From the NCBI GenBank assembly GCA_965637545.1, contig OZ281500.1, positions 3,224,001 through 3,288,000 of the forward strand: a stretch of DNA of 64,000 nt, given 5' to 3'. Made by a program: the position numbers and the translations under genes. Every line of letters begins with the position of its first letter. Within the stretch, counting starts at the first letter, position 1. The notes beneath the pieces are model-generated. The model was given only the letters and a program-made list of their open reading frames with translations, was not told where the DNA came from and made no database searches. Of the stretch, positions 56,554 through 64,000 are shown one piece after another. This DNA comes from Phallusia mammillata. Lineage: Eukaryota.

Positions 56554-59500
56554 TTATTCCCCTGAACTTGGCGCGTGGTCTAACTGCGCGTAAGTACAGT
56601 TCGATTCCCGGCCATTATGAGATGACAAGGAACAGTGTGACGCCATATAGAGGTTATTGTTCGCATTAACGTTGTTGAAAAGTCCCGGGTTCTCATCAAT
56701 TCCAGCGTATATCCCTTCCTCTTCAAAGGAATCGTTAAAAGCGGCACCCCTGAAATCATTTCCGTTGCTTGTGGACATGGACTTTGAAACGATTGATGCG
56801 TCATAACCGCTCTTTGTTTTGTTCCGGAGCCTGTTTATCATTGTTACGGGACTGGGAATCACCGACAAACTGCGTTTTTTCTTCCGTATTGAATCCTTTC
56901 CGGTGTTTCTGTGTGTTCAAGCTTGATTAAATCGTCCTTATTTGATTTGTTGTGATGCATGTATTCAGTTTTGCAATCGTACCCTCTTATTTTAGCGTGC
57001 GTGAAATTTATTTCTGCCACACCACCGATTAATGTAAAAAGCGTGTTAAAGTCGAACGTAAAAAAGCTGTGACATAACACTGCAGTTTATTAAGCGAGCG
57101 AATTCCGAATCTTTTTGTGTGCCTTATATGTTGCCAACAATAACCTATGTTACAGAAGTTTAAATAATCACTACAGAAACAAATTACTGTGTGCTACATT
57201 ACCTGACACCATTTTTTAAGTGAGTCTGGTAAACAGGGGGTCACACCCTACATACCCAGTAAACTACTTACTCTTGTGCGTCCTCACTCCCAGCACTGAA
57301 TGATGATTCACTCGAAACGTCAGGGATACACGAATAGGTTTCCGAATCACCATCTGCACGCGTTACTGGTTGTAATTGCATTTGTGGCAGAAAACTTCAA
57401 TGTTAACTGCACTGCGTCATTCTTATATTAAGTGCTGATGTCATGTATTGTTGTCCAAAAAGACATTTAAAATAACTGCACGTCGCAAATGGAAAGACGA
57501 CTCAAATACTTTCAAAAGTTTTGTGCTGATAAGTTCAGGCGTGAAGGCATTTATTGCGTAATTTTAAATCTTTAATATGTAATTGTGCAACATTTTTGTA
57601 TTAATGTCACATACTGATTTTTCATTATTTTTTGAACGTTTTCTTGTTGCAAAATTAGAATTGCGTTTGAAGAGTTTTTCTTGTTGCAAAATTGGAATTT
57701 ATTTTTAACGGGATTGACGTAAAAAGTCTGATGTCAAATTACGTACGGCCATCCAATTAGGAATTAACGTCAGCACACATTCGTATAATTATGTCAAGTT
57801 AGCTCAAACTTACCCATCACGGTTTCAGAACTGATTGTTACCTCTGCGACCTGAAACCGCAAAAAATTAAGGTCAGACGTCACTTTACATACGTACAATG
57901 TACGAAAAATAGTAGTGAAAAAGTTTAAGTTAAAGGGTAGATTGACCACAGTGAAGCTTCAGCAATTTTAAATTTGCCCTTATTGTTAGGAAATAAACCA
58001 GACTTTGGCATGTCAGGTCACGAAAGAGACGAAGAGATTTTTTTTAGGTATTTCGGGAACGGTTGCGACAAAATCTATACGTTAAGGAAGTCACGTGTGG
58101 TGACGTAAAACGGAAGGACGTTTACTCACCTTGGGTGCGTTCTTGATCGTCCTTTTTGGTGTTTTGATCGGCGACGAATTAAGGTTGGTCCGCACAACAG
58201 TCCACTCATTTTCCACTCTGTAAGGAGAAAAGAACGTTCAGGATTAATATAAGGTTTGCGTTATATGTAAGGGGATTTTACAACGTAAAGCCGGGAATAA
58301 TGGAGAAATTACCCGGCTGTAACATTGCACCACAAACATAACAATCAACATTGAATGACCATAATTTCAGTTATATCCATCAAAACATTTAACGTGTACC
58401 CATCATAACATCACAACATCAGCTTTTACGACATTTCATGTGACGTCAGCTTTTAACCGTTTTAATGACATTGAAGAGCAATATCATAAAAGCAAGCTCA
58501 TAAAACTTTTACCAGTTAAAAACACAAAAAATGCCCAGGTTTTCAATTAAAGGAAAATCGTTGATTGATCACTATTGGCACATCTACACAAGAGGAAAAA
58601 TTAAATCGCCAAAACGACATTTTTCTATGCTAAAGTATTCATGTATGGACGTTTGTACAGAGTTCTAGAGAGTGTTACTTACTGGCTGGCAGCTTTGCGC
58701 TGTTCAGCGGCTTGTATGTTCTTTTTTGAAGGAGGTGGAGGCCGTGTAGGCGCCGGCTTTTTAGTAACTGCATGTAAACAATTGCAATACATCACATACT
58801 AAATTTAATCCACGTACCTTTCTCGCTAACGATTGCCACAATCAATATAACTTAAGAAATCAAATCAACCGACGTGTGAACATAATAAAGCACCAGTAAA
58901 TAAACCAGAAATAATACCTTCTTGTGGTTGTTTGGGTGGAGCCGTTTGTGGTCTGGGAGGGGGCGGAACGCTAGGACGCTTCAATCTTGGAGACTTTAAT
59001 GGGGACTTTTTGGTGGAAAGTGGACTAGCGGAAACTTCAGAAGCAGCTGAAACAGTTGGTGTCACGTCTGGAGTACGTGCGGGACCCGCTGTTGACTTGT
59101 CTAAAGAATTACTGGCAGTTGGAGGCAAAGGCGGAGGTGCGCTTGGAAGTTCTGGTGATGGCGGTGGAAATGCAATGACTGAAACTTGGGACTCATCAAT
59201 GCAGGTGTACACTTGATCATGATCTTCATCAGGGTCTGAACATATCGGATTGTCGTCGGTAGTCGGCAATGAAACATTAGGTGAAGGAAGCTGTCGCGTT
59301 GATTGAAATTGGCGAGTCAAGGTGGGCGATAAGTTTACAGGATGTGGGTCCATGGGGCGGTTTGGAAGGGTTGAAACTTTGGGTTGTGGTTTAGGTCTAG
59401 GCGGGGTAGCGGTTTTCGGAGGACGTGGGGGATTTGGGGTTCCGTTTAGGTGTTTTGGCTTGGTGGAGATTGCTGGTGGCGGTTTGGGTGAGTCCACTTT

Positions 59501-62500
59501 CGGCTTAGTGGTCGGTGCTTTGTGTGTTAAACCTACATCAGGTTTCGGAAGAACCCGAGGTGGGGTCGGAGCCATTTTTTTCGGCGGACGCAAGGGTTTG
59601 TCTGTTTCTTCTGCGACATTTACCGACCGATGCTTCAGGTGTGGTTGTCCATTCATTTGCTGGATTAATTTAGCAGCTGGGTGAACAAGTCTATCAGGCT
59701 TTGTCGGGACATCTGCAAGAGTGAAAGTTTGAGAAGTTGGTGCGTTTGTGGTCGTATGTTGGTCCTTTTTAGGTGTATCAGGTGGCGTGTCTTCAAATCC
59801 AGGCCCAGACTTGAGGAATGGTGAAGGAGGCCTGTAAGGTAGCCTTGGTGCGAACGAAGGTTTGGTCTTGGGTAAAGGTGGTGGTGGGGTTTCGGATGAT
59901 GCCGGTGGAGCGGTAGGGGGTTTTCCAGGGGGCAATGGAGGCGGTTTGTCAGGTGCAGAAAAAACTGGTGATGTGTCACCAGGCACAGGTGGCAACGTTG
60001 AACTATTTGGACACGGTATGGCAGGAGCCTGAGATCCTTCTGGCGCAGGGTACGCTGGTAATGGCGGTCTGCTTTGCCGTAGCGGAGGTGGAGAATCAGC
60101 ATGTGTTGATATCGGAGGTCTGCTTAATGGGACTGGAGGCAATGGTGGGAATATATCCGAGCCTGCAAACGTTTTGGCCGCAGTGTTAGGTGGGATTGGA
60201 GGCGTTTTTTCAGACGAGGTCGGACGCGAGTTTGGCGACACAGGAGGACGCCCGGTTGATGTCACTGGCAAGGGTGACGACTTTTTTGCTGTAGGCGGCA
60301 AAGGTGGCGGTTCCTGAGGCATTGATGACTGTCGACTTGCCACTGTTTTCTCTTTACTGCTGGATTCGCCATCAACGTTGCTGGTTTCTGATGGTGGATC
60401 AGGCAGAGGGCGAGGGCCTGCAACGAAACAGGGGTTAACCCTGCAGTTATACAAACACACATCGCGCTTTTGCAGATTCTATAATGGACGTGTTCGACGC
60501 AAAAGTGTGTTTACTCAGTATTTACAGGTACATAGTGCGGTTTGAGTTTGGATCCAAAAACTATATGCAGCACGTTTTGAAACAACAACTTAATGCTTCA
60601 CGAAACAAGCTCGACAGCCAATGGAGCTTTGATGCGACGCGTGGCATTGTCGCTAAACACACAAACAAGTTTGACGAGAACTGATATCTGATCTCTTCAC
60701 ATGCGCTATGTTGGACTCACAGACAGATCTATTACGGAGCACTGTTACGTCATAACCGCATACCAATAAATAGTTATGTAAAAAGTCATTATGACCTACA
60801 AACACGCATCTGTCTCCATCGATATCAGCGATATATCTTTATTATGTCTGGTTTAGATTAGTTGCCGCTGATGCCTAAATAAACACCTCGAGAATTATTA
60901 TAATCTACAGAAAACGCTTTCAAGCTTCTTGCAAATATGAATGTTCAGCGATTTAGGCCACGCTTACATCAGGCTTTAAGTGCACTTTGTAACACAAATT
61001 TGCCTTTGGTCCGTGTGGAACTGATACGAGTTTTAATACAAAATACGTATTTAAAGTTATAATGCCCGATATGAAAAAGCTTTATACATAAGCACAAAAA
61101 TCGTGTCTTTTCACCTGATTTGTTGATCACATGTTGAGATGCTTTAGGTGCAGGTGGTTCGGGTGGAGCCGCAAACGGCATCGACACGGGACGTGGGGCG
61201 GCCTGAGCACGTGACCCATCAGTGTTACGAGGTTTTCGAAGTTTTACCAACGCGGTGTGGTTACGTAAGCGTACAGAAGGTTCCGTCGAATCCTGGAACA
61301 ATCCCTCGATTAAGATTTTCCAAATGCTTCATCGCAATAGACAGGACGGATTAAAGAGGCTGGGTTCTGTTACAAGCTGCGGCAAGACTATAACCGCGAA
61401 ACCAGATGCTGTACGATTGTATTGATAAAGTAAAAGCGCATACGAGTCAAGTAACTCCTTTCAGTTGCCTGCAAGTTATAGGAACCGGTCTAGTGTCCAC
61501 CTTTTGAATATATTGTAAGGTCAGACGTTTTGTACACGTGTCTATAAGGTGAGTCGTGGGACATGATTTAATCGAAATGCATATTTTGTGATTTTACCTT
61601 TACTATCATAAAAATATTTGTCTTATTTCTTTTGAGTATTTAATTTCAAAGCTTCACAAGCAATAAACACAGGTGTACTCTAACTACTCAACAGTCCAAT
61701 CAACTCAGTTAAACACAATTTATCCCACTGGCTTTGAAAAGGCATTAACACATCAGACGATAAACAGTCGATTACATGTAATAATACCACGCCTACTTTA
61801 TTAAATACAAACGCCTACCTTTTTATTGTTGTCACCAAGGAACTTTCCATTAGATAGTCTTCCTCCCATTGACGTCACGTCTGTTTCGTCATTTCCCGCT
61901 TGCAAATGCACACCAGCTGCGTCACATGCATCGGGCCCTGCTTAACAAAGGCAGTGTTCTACAGTCACGCCTCACTGCATAGAGGAAACAATCGAGCATT
62001 TGTGACGTCATTATCGCCGGATACTTACCGTCGGACGAGTCGAGGTCCAAATATAAATCCTGTTCTGGTATGGTTTCCAGGGTGGCCTACACAAAAAAAG
62101 TTGGTTTGTTGACAAATGCAAATCAAATAATGTGTTTCATCGATATTTATGTTCATGGCTGAATATAACCAGAAGGAATTTTGATAACAAGCCAAAACCA
62201 CACTACACATTACAGTTGTATAAAAAGCTTTCAAGTGACACATTCTTTTGGAGCGACCTTTGTTCACAGTTTGTTATTTTTGAGTTGTGCCGCGTTGGTA
62301 GAAATGAAATTATAACAGGAAAATTGCCCTAAGCCACGCGAAAAAGATTGTGACGCTACACACGTCACATACTTCACTACATACAATTGTGCATCTATTC
62401 TAGTTGATCAAAGAATGAAACGTTTATAAACTGTTTGTACTCGGGCTTGTCAGATCTTTGGCATGAAACTTTAATGTCTATTTAAGGTAGCACTATTTCG

Positions 62501-62857
62501 GTCACACAGAGTCGGACGCGTGTTTGTGCATCCCAAATCCAATACAAATCCGATAATTACAGTTGACTTAGCCTGGTATTACGTTTGGGGTAAACGTGTT
62601 TAAACAAGGGATTCTATGGTAATGAAATCAAGCTACGTGGTAGCGACAACGTTATCTGGGATCTAACATAACGGACGGTCTGCAAATCTAAAACCATCTG
62701 GTTGTGTTATTGTTGAAACAAAACACCGTGTGGCAGACAGTGGGATAAGACATTGTTGATGCAATGTTGACATCAATATTTACTCTGTACCTGTCTGCCT
62801 TCAGTTTGTGGTTCGTCGCTGATGTTGTTTTTAGTCTCATCGCCGTCGACTGGAACG
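56554..62857 (-). CDS. 3' part (at least about 860 aa) of a proline-rich, disordered protein with multiple acidic tyrosine motifs; 5' end unresolved or outside the window
   Basis: Phase-compatible exons 62857-62791, 62086-62029, 61937-61819, 61292-61115, 60417-58918 (1500-nt Pro-rich exon), 58767-58683, 58217-58130, 57850-57814, 57365-57272 and 56908-56554. Motifs DLYLDL, QVYTCI, ETYSCI, GIYAGI and CTYAQL, plus many PxxP. Confidence 0.75.
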
Positions 62858-64000
62858 CTGTGGCAACAAATATGATACGTTGGATTAGACACATTAGCGC
62901 AAAGTTTGTTTAATGCTTATTTCGGCCGTCAAAAATCCTAAGCTGAATGCATTTGGTTACAGCATCTGGACAATTGTGGTGTGACCAAGAAATATCGGAT
63001 TAGAATAGCATAGGATAATAAAAACCAAAACGGACCTATTTTAAAGTGTATGTTTTTGACAAAGGCGACACTGTGCTTAGGTAAACTTAAAGACCCTAAA
63101 CAAAACACGAGAGGTAAATACCAAAGCCAAATTCGGTCCTTATTCAAAAACGTCTGCATGTTATAAATTTCAGGAGGCACTAACTGGCATTTTTTCGCTC
63201 ACGGGACAAATTTGGAAGTGCAAAGGCATAGCGGTTTATATGTTGGAAATGCTTCTCAGAAAAGATTTTTTTAAATTGGGATTTGCATCCTTGTGGAATT
63301 TTCCGCAATAAAACGAACGACATACCCAAATTTGAACGACTTCTATATTACATGCACCTTAACAATTTAGGGTTAGAAATGCACCTGGCCCATAGCTAGC
63401 TTTATATTGTCTCGGTATTCATTTATATAAACATGGTTCAGGTTTTACAACCATACTCAATAGTTGTATCTTAAACACTGAGTATACAGCTTCAGTCGTT
63501 ATAATGACGACATTTGCAAATTACAGTGTTAACACACACGCTTGATGATTTATGCTGTTGACGGAACCGAGCGCTGTGTATGACGTAATGGAGAATGACG
63601 CGTGTCATGCAAAATACAGTTGGAAATGGAATCGCGTGATATGCTAAGGTGTGTTCGGGAATGTCATCCAGAAACCAAATTTTGACCTGCTTAAATTGGT
63701 CCATGAATAATCAATGAATACTTTTCTCGTGGCAGCATTCTCTTGCGAAAATACTTTTAAGAAAAACACAACAAATCCGTAGCGATAAACCAGTTGCAAA
63801 TCCTATAAATGCAACCACGTCAACATAGCAAACAGGATGGAGCGACGTTTTTACGCTTGCTTGTTTGGGTTAACATGAATAACCTGTTTAATGATTCGAC
63901 CGGTCAAATAAAAGCAGTTTGAATGCAAAATTAAATTTTGACAGGTTTGTGTCACGCAAAACAACATTGCGGAAGACTTAAGATTAAGTTGTTAGATGAA

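Noticed and set aside
57295-57330. TGATGA...CGAAACGTC hammerhead-like string
   Set aside because: Lies in a coding exon of the minus-strand gene, the core is imperfect and there is no stem I.
63492-63704. 70-aa minus-strand ORF as the next upstream exon of the Pro-rich gene
   Set aside because: Its frame offers no phase-2 donor. Only a short alternative (about 63575-63541) fits, and the evidence is too weak to include.

Overview
AT-rich, intron-containing eukaryotic DNA, most likely from an ascidian (tunicate). That assignment is inferred from the compact GT-AG introns, the chordate-type genes and a Cics-1-like SINE. Gene models were built by hand from splice sites and reading phase. In order, the window holds: (1) an intronless 858-aa GlnD/DUF294-type nucleotidyltransferase + TPR gene that looks bacterial (4196-6772 +); (2) a three-copy collagen + C-type-lectin (collectin-like) cluster with one intact and two damaged copies (10542-15702 +); (3) a decayed calcium-binding EGF fragment; (4) a 12-exon tryptophan hydroxylase (27266-21359 -) with unusual active-site residues and a shortened C-terminus; (5) an 18-exon aspartyl/asparaginyl beta-hydroxylase ASPH (48116-32264 -) with an apparent second first exon and a large alternative terminal exon, echoing the vertebrate ASPH/junctin/junctate locus; (6) an 11-exon single-Ig TIR receptor that resembles vertebrate SIGIRR down to a C-terminal YxARxDFY motif (49006-56528 +); (7) a convergent proline-rich, tyrosine-motif gene whose stop codon is only 25 bp away and whose 5' end lies outside the resolved region. 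Mobile DNA includes several hAT MITEs with 8-bp TSDs, two Helentron/HINE-like elements carrying ~155-bp satellites, and a SINE. There is also a dispersed repeat family carrying type I hammerhead ribozymes: five copies, one structurally intact at 46585-46636, twice arranged as outward-facing inverted pairs, plus one Penelope-type minimal hammerhead remnant. Comparisons to human proteins are from memory; no database searches were run.
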